Shown piece by piece: positions 13,801-28,800 of a DNA stretch of 64,000 nt. Origin of the DNA: Eledone cirrhosa. Taxonomy: Eukaryota. The translations under genes were made by a program, and so were the position numbers. Numbering within the stretch: position 1 is the stretch's first letter; the number at the start of each line of letters is the position of its first letter. The notes below the pieces were generated by a model that was not told the DNA's origin, did not search any database, and saw only the letters and a program-made list of their open reading frames with translations. The stretch covers positions 204,662,001 to 204,726,000 of the forward strand of contig OZ024741.1 in the NCBI GenBank assembly GCA_964016885.1. Direction: 5' to 3'.

Positions 13801-16800
13801 GACTAATTTGCATAGAGTGTGAGTAAGTACCGGTTCAACGGAGACGATAAAAACAAATAACGAAACGAAATTAAATTTCGTTTCGTTTGTAACTCACTTT
13901 TGTATGACTGACGCCTAAACAATTAAGTTAAAGATGTACATCCATATATGTATACTGAAATACTAGTATGTATATGAATACACACACGTATACATATGTA
14001 GATGTACCAAGTTTTTTCACTGGTCACTTTACTGTGAGTGGCCAGCTATTCTGTATGTAAACACACAGACAAACCGGTTTTTAGAGTCATACTGGTTTTT
14101 GAGGAAACACCTTTCCTCCATTCTCCAGAAAGCCAGACAAGGAATATTGAACTAGTTTCGTTGTTGTTACAACTCATCAGCAATATTTACCTATCTTCCG
14201 GCCTCTCTAGAGAATCGTAAAAGCACATATCGTTATATGCTTTTTCTATGAAAATTAGTAGTGGGCAGACTAATTTGCATAGAGTGTGAGTAAGTACCGG
14301 TTCAACGGAGACGATAAAAACAAATAACGAAACGAAATTAAATTTCGTTTCGTTTGTAACTCACTTTTGTATGACTGACGCCTAAACAATTAAGTTAAAG
14401 ATGTACATCCATATATGTATACTGAAATACTAGTATGTATATGAATACACACACGTATACATATGTAGATGTACCAAGTTTTTTCACTGGTCACTTTACT
14501 GTGAGTGGCCAGCTATTCTGTATGTAAACACACAGACAAACCGGTTTTTAGAGTCATACTGGTTTTTGAGGAAACACCTTTCCTCCATTCTCCAGAAAGC
14601 CAGACAAGGAATATTGAACTAGTTTCGTTGTTGTTACAACTCATCAGCAATATTTACCTATCTTCCGGCCTCTCTAGAGAATCGTAAAAGCACATATCGT
14701 TATATGCTTTTTCTATGAAAATTAGTAGTGGGCAGACTAATTTGCATAGAGTGTGAGTAAGTACCGGTTCAACGGAGACGATAAAAACAAATAACGAAAC
14801 GAAATTAAATTTCGTTTCGTTTGTAACTCACTTTTGTATGACTGACGCCTAAACAATTAAGTTAAAGATGTACATCCATATATGTATACTGAAATACTAG
14901 TATGTATATGAATACACACACGTATACATATGTAGATGTACCAAGTTTTTTCACTGGTCACTTTACTGTGAGTGGCCAGCTATTCTGTATGTAAACACAC
15001 AGACAAACCGGTTTTTAGAGTCATACTGGTTTTTGAGGAAACACCTTTCCTCCATTCTCCAGAAAGCCAGACAAGGAATATTGAACTAGTTTCGTTGTTG
15101 TTACAACTCATCAGCAATATTTACCTATCTTCCGGCCTCTCTAGAGAATCGTAAAAGCACATATCGTTATATGCTTTTTCTATGAAAATTAGTAGTGGGC
15201 AGACTAATTTGCATAGAGTGTGAGTAAGTACCGGTTCAACGGAGACGATAAAAACAAATAACGAAACGAAATTAAATTTCGTTTCGTTTGTAACTCACTT
15301 TTGTATGACTGACGCCTAAACAATTAAGTTAAAGATGTACATCCATATATGTATACTGAAATACTAGTATGTATATGAATACACACACGTATACATATGT
15401 AGATGTACCAAGTTTTTTCACTGGTCACTTTACTGTGAGTGGCCAGCTATTCTGTATGTAAACACACAGACAAACCGGTTTTTAGAGTCATACTGGTTTT
15501 TGAGGAAACACCTTTCCTCCATTCTCCAGAAAGCCAGACAAGGAATATTGAACTAGTTTCGTTGTTGTTACAACTCATCAGCAATATTTACCTATCTTCC
15601 GGCCTCTCTAGAGAATCGTAAAAGCACATATCGTTATATGCTTTTTCTATGAAAATTAGTAGTGGGCAGACTAATTTGCATAGAGTGTGAGTAAGTACCG
15701 GTTCAACGGAGACGATAAAAACAAATAACGAAACGAAATTAAATTTCGTTTCGTTTGTAACTCACTTTTGTATGACTGACGCCTAAACAATTAAGTTAAA
15801 GATGTACATCCATATATGTATACTGAAATACTAGTATGTATATGAATACACACACGTATACATATGTAGATGTACCAAGTTTTTTCACTGGTCACTTTAC
15901 TGTGAGTGGCCAGCTATTCTGTATGTAAACACACAGACAAACCGGTTTTTAGAGTCATACTGGTTTTTGAGGAAACACCTTTCCTCCATTCTCCAGAAAG
16001 CCAGACAAGGAATATTGAACTAGTTTCGTTGTTGTTACAACTCATCAGCAATATTTACCTATCTTCCGGCCTCTCTAGAGAATCGTAAAAGCACATATCG
16101 TTATATGCTTTTTCTATGAAAATTAGTAGTGGGCAGACTAATTTGCATAGAGTGTGAGTAAGTACCGGTTCAACGGAGACGATAAAAACAAATAACGAAA
16201 CGAAATTAAATTTCGTTTCGTTTGTAACTCACTTTTGTATGACTGACGCCTAAACAATTAAGTTAAAGATGTACATCCATATATGTATACTGAAATACTA
16301 GTATGTATATGAATACACACACGTATACATATGTAGATGTACCAAGTTTTTTCACTGGTCACTTTACTGTGAGTGGCCAGCTATTCTGTATGTAAACACA
16401 CAGACAAACCGGTTTTTAGAGTCATACTGGTTTTTGAGGAAACACCTTTCCTCCATTCTCCAGAAAGCCAGACAAGGAATATTGAACTAGTTTCGTTGTT
16501 GTTACAACTCATCAGCAATATTTACCTATCTTCCGGCCTCTCTAGAGAATCGTAAAAGCACATATCGTTATATGCTTTTTCTATGAAAATTAGTAGTGGG
16601 CAGACTAATTTGCATAGAGTGTGAGTAAGTACCGGTTCAACGGAGACGATAAAAACAAATAACGAAACGAAATTAAATTTCGTTTCGTTTGTAACTCACT
16701 TTTGTATGACTGACGCCTAAACAATTAAGTTAAAGATGTACATCCATATATGTATACTGAAATACTAGTATGTATATGAATACACACACGTATACATATG

Positions 16801-19800
16801 TAGATGTACCAAGTTTTTTCACTGGTCACTTTACTGTGAGTGGCCAGCTATTCTGTATGTAAACACACAGACAAACCGGTTTTTAGAGTCATACTGGTTT
16901 TTGAGGAAACACCTTTCCTCCATTCTCCAGAAAGCCAGACAAGGAATATTGAACTAGTTTCGTTGTTGTTACAACTCATCAGCAATATTTACCTATCTTC
17001 CGGCCTCTCTAGAGAATCGTAAAAGCACATATCGTTATATGCTTTTTCTATGAAAATTAGTAGTGGGCAGACTAATTTGCATAGAGTGTGAGTAAGTACC
17101 GGTTCAACGGAGACGATAAAAACAAATAACGAAACGAAATTAAATTTCGTTTCGTTTGTAACTCACTTTTGTATGACTGACGCCTAAACAATTAAGTTAA
17201 AGATGTACATCCATATATGTATACTGAAATACTAGTATGTATATGAATACACACACGTATACATATGTAGATGTACCAAGTTTTTTCACTGGTCACTTTA
17301 CTGTGAGTGGCCAGCTATTCTGTATGTAAACACACAGACAAACCGGTTTTTAGAGTCATACTGGTTTTTGAGGAAACACCTTTCCTCCATTCTCCAGAAA
17401 GCCAGACAAGGAATATTGAACTAGTTTCGTTGTTGTTACAACTCATCAGCAATATTTACCTATCTTCCGGCCTCTCTAGAGAATCGTAAAAGCACATATC
17501 GTTATATGCTTTTTCTATGAAAATTAGTAGTGGGCAGACTAATTTGCATAGAGTGTGAGTAAGTACCGGTTCAACGGAGACGATAAAAACAAATAACGAA
17601 ACGAAATTAAATTTCGTTTCGTTTGTAACTCACTTTTGTATGACTGACGCCTAAACAATTAAGTTAAAGATGTACATCCATATATGTATACTGAAATACT
17701 AGTATGTATATGAATACACACACGTATACATATGTAGATGTACCAAGTTTTTTCACTGGTCACTTTACTGTGAGTGGCCAGCTATTCTGTATGTAAACAC
17801 ACAGACAAACCGGTTTTTAGAGTCATACTGGTTTTTGAGGAAACACCTTTCCTCCATTCTCCAGAAAGCCAGACAAGGAATATTGAACTAGTTTCGTTGT
17901 TGTTACAACTCATCAGCAATATTTACCTATCTTCCGGCCTCTCTAGAGAATCGTAAAAGCACATATCGTTATATGCTTTTTCTATGAAAATTAGTAGTGG
18001 GCAGACTAATTTGCATAGAGTGTGAGTAAGTACCGGTTCAACGGAGACGATAAAAACAAATAACGAAACGAAATTAAATTTCGTTTCGTTTGTAACTCAC
18101 TTTTGTATGACTGACGCCTAAACAATTAAGTTAAAGATGTACATCCATATATGTATACTGAAATACTAGTATGTATATGAATACACACACGTATACATAT
18201 GTAGATGTACCAAGTTTTTTCACTGGTCACTTTACTGTGAGTGGCCAGCTATTCTGTATGTAAACACACAGACAAACCGGTTTTTAGAGTCATACTGGTT
18301 TTTGAGGAAACACCTTTCCTCCATTCTCCAGAAAGCCAGACAAGGAATATTGAACTAGTTTCGTTGTTGTTACAACTCATCAGCAATATTTACCTATCTT
18401 CCGGCCTCTCTAGAGAATCGTAAAAGCACATATCGTTATATGCTTTTTCTATGAAAATTAGTAGTGGGCAGACTAATTTGCATAGAGTGTGAGTAAGTAC
18501 CGGTTCAACGGAGACGATAAAAACAAATAACGAAACGAAATTAAATTTCGTTTCGTTTGTAACTCACTTTTGTATGACTGACGCCTAAACAATTAAGTTA
18601 AAGATGTACATCCATATATGTATACTGAAATACTAGTATGTATATGAATACACACACGTATACATATGTAGATGTACCAAGTTTTTTCACTGGTCACTTT
18701 ACTGTGAGTGGCCAGCTATTCTGTATGTAAACACACAGACAAACCGGTTTTTAGAGTCATACTGGTTTTTGAGGAAACACCTTTCCTCCATTCTCCAGAA
18801 AGCCAGACAAGGAATATTGAACTAGTTTCGTTGTTGTTACAACTCATCAGCAATATTTACCTATCTTCCGGCCTCTCTAGAGAATCGTAAAAGCACATAT
18901 CGTTATATGCTTTTTCTATGAAAATTAGTAGTGGGCAGACTAATTTGCATAGAGTGTGAGTAAGTACCGGTTCAACGGAGACGATAAAAACAAATAACGA
19001 AACGAAATTAAATTTCGTTTCGTTTGTAACTCACTTTTGTATGACTGACGCCTAAACAATTAAGTTAAAGATGTACATCCATATATGTATACTGAAATAC
19101 TAGTATGTATATGAATACACACACGTATACATATGTAGATGTACCAAGTTTTTTCACTGGTCACTTTACTGTGAGTGGCCAGCTATTCTGTATGTAAACA
19201 CACAGACAAACCGGTTTTTAGAGTCATACTGGTTTTTGAGGAAACACCTTTCCTCCATTCTCCAGAAAGCCAGACAAGGAATATTGAACTAGTTTCGTTG
19301 TTGTTACAACTCATCAGCAATATTTACCTATCTTCCGGCCTCTCTAGAGAATCGTAAAAGCACATATCGTTATATGCTTTTTCTATGAAAATTAGTAGTG
19401 GGCAGACTAATTTGCATAGAGTGTGAGTAAGTACCGGTTCAACGGAGACGATAAAAACAAATAACGAAACGAAATTAAATTTCGTTTCGTTTGTAACTCA
19501 CTTTTGTATGACTGACGCCTAAACAATTAAGTTAAAGATGTACATCCATATATGTATACTGAAATACTAGTATGTATATGAATACACACACGTATACATA
19601 TGTAGATGTACCAAGTTTTTTCACTGGTCACTTTACTGTGAGTGGCCAGCTATTCTGTATGTAAACACACAGACAAACCGGTTTTTAGAGTCATACTGGT
19701 TTTTGAGGAAACACCTTTCCTCCATTCTCCAGAAAGCCAGACAAGGAATATTGAACTAGTTTCGTTGTTGTTACAACTCATCAGCAATATTTACCTATCT

Positions 19801-22800
19801 TCCGGCCTCTCTAGAGAATCGTAAAAGCACATATCGTTATATGCTTTTTCTATGAAAATTAGTAGTGGGCAGACTAATTTGCATAGAGTGTGAGTAAGTA
19901 CCGGTTCAACGGAGACGATAAAAACAAATAACGAAACGAAATTAAATTTCGTTTCGTTTGTAACTCACTTTTGTATGACTGACGCCTAAACAATTAAGTT
20001 AAAGATGTACATCCATATATGTATACTGAAATACTAGTATGTATATGAATACACACACGTATACATATGTAGATGTACCAAGTTTTTTCACTGGTCACTT
20101 TACTGTGAGTGGCCAGCTATTCTGTATGTAAACACACAGACAAACCGGTTTTTAGAGTCATACTGGTTTTTGAGGAAACACCTTTCCTCCATTCTCCAGA
20201 AAGCCAGACAAGGAATATTGAACTAGTTTCGTTGTTGTTACAACTCATCAGCAATATTTACCTATCTTCCGGCCTCTCTAGAGAATCGTAAAAGCACATA
20301 TCGTTATATGCTTTTTCTATGAAAATTAGTAGTGGGCAGACTAATTTGCATAGAGTGTGAGTAAGTACCGGTTCAACGGAGACGATAAAAACAAATAACG
20401 AAACGAAATTAAATTTCGTTTCGTTTGTAACTCACTTTTGTATGACTGACGCCTAAACAATTAAGTTAAAGATGTACATCCATATATGTATACTGAAATA
20501 CTAGTATGTATATGAATACACACACGTATACATATGTAGATGTACCAAGTTTTTTCACTGGTCACTTTACTGTGAGTGGCCAGCTATTCTGTATGTAAAC
20601 ACACAGACAAACCGGTTTTTAGAGTCATACTGGTTTTTGAGGAAACACCTTTCCTCCATTCTCCAGAAAGCCAGACAAGGAATATTGAACTAGTTTCGTT
20701 GTTGTTACAACTCATCAGCAATATTTACCTATCTTCCGGCCTCTCTAGAGAATCGTAAAAGCACATATCGTTATATGCTTTTTCTATGAAAATTAGTAGT
20801 GGGCAGACTAATTTGCATAGAGTGTGAGTAAGTACCGGTTCAACGGAGACGATAAAAACAAATAACGAAACGAAATTAAATTTCGTTTCGTTTGTAACTC
20901 ACTTTTGTATGACTGACGCCTAAACAATTAAGTTAAAGATGTACATCCATATATGTATACTGAAATACTAGTATGTATATGAATACACACACGTATACAT
21001 ATGTAGATGTACCAAGTTTTTTCACTGGTCACTTTACTGTGAGTGGCCAGCTATTCTGTATGTAAACACACAGACAAACCGGTTTTTAGAGTCATACTGG
21101 TTTTTGAGGAAACACCTTTCCTCCATTCTCCAGAAAGCCAGACAAGGAATATTGAACTAGTTTCGTTGTTGTTACAACTCATCAGCAATATTTACCTATC
21201 TTCCGGCCTCTCTAGAGAATCGTAAAAGCACATATCGTTATATGCTTTTTCTATGAAAATTAGTAGTGGGCAGACTAATTTGCATAGAGTGTGAGTAAGT
21301 ACCGGTTCAACGGAGACGATAAAAACAAATAACGAAACGAAATTAAATTTCGTTTCGTTTGTAACTCACTTTTGTATGACTGACGCCTAAACAATTAAGT
21401 TAAAGATGTACATCCATATATGTATACTGAAATACTAGTATGTATATGAATACACACACGTATACATATGTAGATGTACCAAGTTTTTTCACTGGTCACT
21501 TTACTGTGAGTGGCCAGCTATTCTGTATGTAAACACACAGACAAACCGGTTTTTAGAGTCATACTGGTTTTTGAGGAAACACCTTTCCTCCATTCTCCAG
21601 AAAGCCAGACAAGGAATATTGAACTAGTTTCGTTGTTGTTACAACTCATCAGCAATATTTACCTATCTTCCGGCCTCTCTAGAGAATCGTAAAAGCACAT
21701 ATCGTTATATGCTTTTTCTATGAAAATTAGTAGTGGGCAGACTAATTTGCATAGAGTGTGAGTAAGTACCGGTTCAACGGAGACGATAAAAACAAATAAC
21801 GAAACGAAATTAAATTTCGTTTCGTTTGTAACTCACTTTTGTATGACTGACGCCTAAACAATTAAGTTAAAGATGTACATCCATATATGTATACTGAAAT
21901 ACTAGTATGTATATGAATACACACACGTATACATATGTAGATGTACCAAGTTTTTTCACTGGTCACTTTACTGTGAGTGGCCAGCTATTCTGTATGTAAA
22001 CACACAGACAAACCGGTTTTTAGAGTCATACTGGTTTTTGAGGAAACACCTTTCCTCCATTCTCCAGAAAGCCAGACAAGGAATATTGAACTAGTTTCGT
22101 TGTTGTTACAACTCATCAGCAATATTTACCTATCTTCCGGCCTCTCTAGAGAATCGTAAAAGCACATATCGTTATATGCTTTTTCTATGAAAATTAGTAG
22201 TGGGCAGACTAATTTGCATAGAGTGTGAGTAAGTACCGGTTCAACGGAGACGATAAAAACAAATAACGAAACGAAATTAAATTTCGTTTCGTTTGTAACT
22301 CACTTTTGTATGACTGACGCCTAAACAATTAAGTTAAAGATGTACATCCATATATGTATACTGAAATACTAGTATGTATATGAATACACACACGTATACA
22401 TATGTAGATGTACCAAGTTTTTTCACTGGTCACTTTACTGTGAGTGGCCAGCTATTCTGTATGTAAACACACAGACAAACCGGTTTTTAGAGTCATACTG
22501 GTTTTTGAGGAAACACCTTTCCTCCATTCTCCAGAAAGCCAGACAAGGAATATTGAACTAGTTTCGTTGTTGTTACAACTCATCAGCAATATTTACCTAT
22601 CTTCCGGCCTCTCTAGAGAATCGTAAAAGCACATATCGTTATATGCTTTTTCTATGAAAATTAGTAGTGGGCAGACTAATTTGCATAGAGTGTGAGTAAG
22701 TACCGGTTCAACGGAGACGATAAAAACAAATAACGAAACGAAATTAAATTTCGTTTCGTTTGTAACTCACTTTTGTATGACTGACGCCTAAACAATTAAG

Positions 22801-25800
22801 TTAAAGATGTACATCCATATATGTATACTGAAATACTAGTATGTATATGAATACACACACGTATACATATGTAGATGTACCAAGTTTTTTCACTGGTCAC
22901 TTTACTGTGAGTGGCCAGCTATTCTGTATGTAAACACACAGACAAACCGGTTTTTAGAGTCATACTGGTTTTTGAGGAAACACCTTTCCTCCATTCTCCA
23001 GAAAGCCAGACAAGGAATATTGAACTAGTTTCGTTGTTGTTACAACTCATCAGCAATATTTACCTATCTTCCGGCCTCTCTAGAGAATCGTAAAAGCACA
23101 TATCGTTATATGCTTTTTCTATGAAAATTAGTAGTGGGCAGACTAATTTGCATAGAGTGTGAGTAAGTACCGGTTCAACGGAGACGATAAAAACAAATAA
23201 CGAAACGAAATTAAATTTCGTTTCGTTTGTAACTCACTTTTGTATGACTGACGCCTAAACAATTAAGTTAAAGATGTACATCCATATATGTATACTGAAA
23301 TACTAGTATGTATATGAATACACACACGTATACATATGTAGATGTACCAAGTTTTTTCACTGGTCACTTTACTGTGAGTGGCCAGCTATTCTGTATGTAA
23401 ACACACAGACAAACCGGTTTTTAGAGTCATACTGGTTTTTGAGGAAACACCTTTCCTCCATTCTCCAGAAAGCCAGACAAGGAATATTGAACTAGTTTCG
23501 TTGTTGTTACAACTCATCAGCAATATTTACCTATCTTCCGGCCTCTCTAGAGAATCGTAAAAGCACATATCGTTATATGCTTTTTCTATGAAAATTAGTA
23601 GTGGGCAGACTAATTTGCATAGAGTGTGAGTAAGTACCGGTTCAACGGAGACGATAAAAACAAATAACGAAACGAAATTAAATTTCGTTTCGTTTGTAAC
23701 TCACTTTTGTATGACTGACGCCTAAACAATTAAGTTAAAGATGTACATCCATATATGTATACTGAAATACTAGTATGTATATGAATACACACACGTATAC
23801 ATATGTAGATGTACCAAGTTTTTTCACTGGTCACTTTACTGTGAGTGGCCAGCTATTCTGTATGTAAACACACAGACAAACCGGTTTTTAGAGTCATACT
23901 GGTTTTTGAGGAAACACCTTTCCTCCATTCTCCAGAAAGCCAGACAAGGAATATTGAACTAGTTTCGTTGTTGTTACAACTCATCAGCAATATTTACCTA
24001 TCTTCCGGCCTCTCTAGAGAATCGTAAAAGCACATATCGTTATATGCTTTTTCTATGAAAATTAGTAGTGGGCAGACTAATTTGCATAGAGTGTGAGTAA
24101 GTACCGGTTCAACGGAGACGATAAAAACAAATAACGAAACGAAATTAAATTTCGTTTCGTTTGTAACTCACTTTTGTATGACTGACGCCTAAACAATTAA
24201 GTTAAAGATGTACATCCATATATGTATACTGAAATACTAGTATGTATATGAATACACACACGTATACATATGTAGATGTACCAAGTTTTTTCACTGGTCA
24301 CTTTACTGTGAGTGGCCAGCTATTCTGTATGTAAACACACAGACAAACCGGTTTTTAGAGTCATACTGGTTTTTGAGGAAACACCTTTCCTCCATTCTCC
24401 AGAAAGCCAGACAAGGAATATTGAACTAGTTTCGTTGTTGTTACAACTCATCAGCAATATTTACCTATCTTCCGGCCTCTCTAGAGAATCGTAAAAGCAC
24501 ATATCGTTATATGCTTTTTCTATGAAAATTAGTAGTGGGCAGACTAATTTGCATAGAGTGTGAGTAAGTACCGGTTCAACGGAGACGATAAAAACAAATA
24601 ACGAAACGAAATTAAATTTCGTTTCGTTTGTAACTCACTTTTGTATGACTGACGCCTAAACAATTAAGTTAAAGATGTACATCCATATATGTATACTGAA
24701 ATACTAGTATGTATATGAATACACACACGTATACATATGTAGATGTACCAAGTTTTTTCACTGGTCACTTTACTGTGAGTGGCCAGCTATTCTGTATGTA
24801 AACACACAGACAAACCGGTTTTTAGAGTCATACTGGTTTTTGAGGAAACACCTTTCCTCCATTCTCCAGAAAGCCAGACAAGGAATATTGAACTAGTTTC
24901 GTTGTTGTTACAACTCATCAGCAATATTTACCTATCTTCCGGCCTCTCTAGAGAATCGTAAAAGCACATATCGTTATATGCTTTTTCTATGAAAATTAGT
25001 AGTGGGCAGACTAATTTGCATAGAGTGTGAGTAAGTACCGGTTCAACGGAGACGATAAAAACAAATAACGAAACGAAATTAAATTTCGTTTCGTTTGTAA
25101 CTCACTTTTGTATGACTGACGCCTAAACAATTAAGTTAAAGATGTACATCCATATATGTATACTGAAATACTAGTATGTATATGAATACACACACGTATA
25201 CATATGTAGATGTACCAAGTTTTTTCACTGGTCACTTTACTGTGAGTGGCCAGCTATTCTGTATGTAAACACACAGACAAACCGGTTTTTAGAGTCATAC
25301 TGGTTTTTGAGGAAACACCTTTCCTCCATTCTCCAGAAAGCCAGACAAGGAATATTGAACTAGTTTCGTTGTTGTTACAACTCATCAGCAATATTTACCT
25401 ATCTTCCGGCCTCTCTAGAGAATCGTAAAAGCACATATCGTTATATGCTTTTTCTATGAAAATTAGTAGTGGGCAGACTAATTTGCATAGAGTGTGAGTA
25501 AGTACCGGTTCAACGGAGACGATAAAAACAAATAACGAAACGAAATTAAATTTCGTTTCGTTTGTAACTCACTTTTGTATGACTGACGCCTAAACAATTA
25601 AGTTAAAGATGTACATCCATATATGTATACTGAAATACTAGTATGTATATGAATACACACACGTATACATATGTAGATGTACCAAGTTTTTTCACTGGTC
25701 ACTTTACTGTGAGTGGCCAGCTATTCTGTATGTAAACACACAGACAAACCGGTTTTTAGAGTCATACTGGTTTTTGAGGAAACACCTTTCCTCCATTCTC

Positions 25801-28800
25801 CAGAAAGCCAGACAAGGAATATTGAACTAGTTTCGTTGTTGTTACAACTCATCAGCAATATTTACCTATCTTCCGGCCTCTCTAGAGAATCGTAAAAGCA
25901 CATATCGTTATATGCTTTTTCTATGAAAATTAGTAGTGGGCAGACTAATTTGCATAGAGTGTGAGTAAGTACCGGTTCAACGGAGACGATAAAAACAAAT
26001 AACGAAACGAAATTAAATTTCGTTTCGTTTGTAACTCACTTTTGTATGACTGACGCCTAAACAATTAAGTTAAAGATGTACATCCATATATGTATACTGA
26101 AATACTAGTATGTATATGAATACACACACGTATACATATGTAGATGTACCAAGTTTTTTCACTGGTCACTTTACTGTGAGTGGCCAGCTATTCTGTATGT
26201 AAACACACAGACAAACCGGTTTTTAGAGTCATACTGGTTTTTGAGGAAACACCTTTCCTCCATTCTCCAGAAAGCCAGACAAGGAATATTGAACTAGTTT
26301 CGTTGTTGTTACAACTCATCAGCAATATTTACCTATCTTCCGGCCTCTCTAGAGAATCGTAAAAGCACATATCGTTATATGCTTTTTCTATGAAAATTAG
26401 TAGTGGGCAGACTAATTTGCATAGAGTGTGAGTAAGTACCGGTTCAACGGAGACGATAAAAACAAATAACGAAACGAAATTAAATTTCGTTTCGTTTGTA
26501 ACTCACTTTTGTATGACTGACGCCTAAACAATTAAGTTAAAGATGTACATCCATATATGTATACTGAAATACTAGTATGTATATGAATACACACACGTAT
26601 ACATATGTAGATGTACCAAGTTTTTTCACTGGTCACTTTACTGTGAGTGGCCAGCTATTCTGTATGTAAACACACAGACAAACCGGTTTTTAGAGTCATA
26701 CTGGTTTTTGAGGAAACACCTTTCCTCCATTCTCCAGAAAGCCAGACAAGGAATATTGAACTAGTTTCGTTGTTGTTACAACTCATCAGCAATATTTACC
26801 TATCTTCCGGCCTCTCTAGAGAATCGTAAAAGCACATATCGTTATATGCTTTTTCTATGAAAATTAGTAGTGGGCAGACTAATTTGCATAGAGTGTGAGT
26901 AAGTACCGGTTCAACGGAGACGATAAAAACAAATAACGAAACGAAATTAAATTTCGTTTCGTTTGTAACTCACTTTTGTATGACTGACGCCTAAACAATT
27001 AAGTTAAAGATGTACATCCATATATGTATACTGAAATACTAGTATGTATATGAATACACACACGTATACATATGTAGATGTACCAAGTTTTTTCACTGGT
27101 CACTTTACTGTGAGTGGCCAGCTATTCTGTATGTAAACACACAGACAAACCGGTTTTTAGAGTCATACTGGTTTTTGAGGAAACACCTTTCCTCCATTCT
27201 CCAGAAAGCCAGACAAGGAATATTGAACTAGTTTCGTTGTTGTTACAACTCATCAGCAATATTTACCTATCTTCCGGCCTCTCTAGAGAATCGTAAAAGC
27301 ACATATCGTTATATGCTTTTTCTATGAAAATTAGTAGTGGGCAGACTAATTTGCATAGAGTGTGAGTAAGTACCGGTTCAACGGAGACGATAAAAACAAA
27401 TAACGAAACGAAATTAAATTTCGTTTCGTTTGTAACTCACTTTTGTATGACTGACGCCTAAACAATTAAGTTAAAGATGTACATCCATATATGTATACTG
27501 AAATACTAGTATGTATATGAATACACACACGTATACATATGTAGATGTACCAAGTTTTTTCACTGGTCACTTTACTGTGAGTGGCCAGCTATTCTGTATG
27601 TAAACACACAGACAAACCGGTTTTTAGAGTCATACTGGTTTTTGAGGAAACACCTTTCCTCCATTCTCCAGAAAGCCAGACAAGGAATATTGAACTAGTT
27701 TCGTTGTTGTTACAACTCATCAGCAATATTTACCTATCTTCCGGCCTCTCTAGAGAATCGTAAAAGCACATATCGTTATATGCTTTTTCTATGAAAATTA
27801 GTAGTGGGCAGACTAATTTGCATAGAGTGTGAGTAAGTACCGGTTCAACGGAGACGATAAAAACAAATAACGAAACGAAATTAAATTTCGTTTCGTTTGT
27901 AACTCACTTTTGTATGACTGACGCCTAAACAATTAAGTTAAAGATGTACATCCATATATGTATACTGAAATACTAGTATGTATATGAATACACACACGTA
28001 TACATATGTAGATGTACCAAGTTTTTTCACTGGTCACTTTACTGTGAGTGGCCAGCTATTCTGTATGTAAACACACAGACAAACCGGTTTTTAGAGTCAT
28101 ACTGGTTTTTGAGGAAACACCTTTCCTCCATTCTCCAGAAAGCCAGACAAGGAATATTGAACTAGTTTCGTTGTTGTTACAACTCATCAGCAATATTTAC
28201 CTATCTTCCGGCCTCTCTAGAGAATCGTAAAAGCACATATCGTTATATGCTTTTTCTATGAAAATTAGTAGTGGGCAGACTAATTTGCATAGAGTGTGAG
28301 TAAGTACCGGTTCAACGGAGACGATAAAAACAAATAACGAAACGAAATTAAATTTCGTTTCGTTTGTAACTCACTTTTGTATGACTGACGCCTAAACAAT
28401 TAAGTTAAAGATGTACATCCATATATGTATACTGAAATACTAGTATGTATATGAATACACACACGTATACATATGTAGATGTACCAAGTTTTTTCACTGG
28501 TCACTTTACTGTGAGTGGCCAGCTATTCTGTATGTAAACACACAGACAAACCGGTTTTTAGAGTCATACTGGTTTTTGAGGAAACACCTTTCCTCCATTC
28601 TCCAGAAAGCCAGACAAGGAATATTGAACTAGTTTCGTTGTTGTTACAACTCATCAGCAATATTTACCTATCTTCCGGCCTCTCTAGAGAATCGTAAAAG
28701 CACATATCGTTATATGCTTTTTCTATGAAAATTAGTAGTGGGCAGACTAATTTGCATAGAGTGTGAGTAAGTACCGGTTCAACGGAGACGATAAAAACAA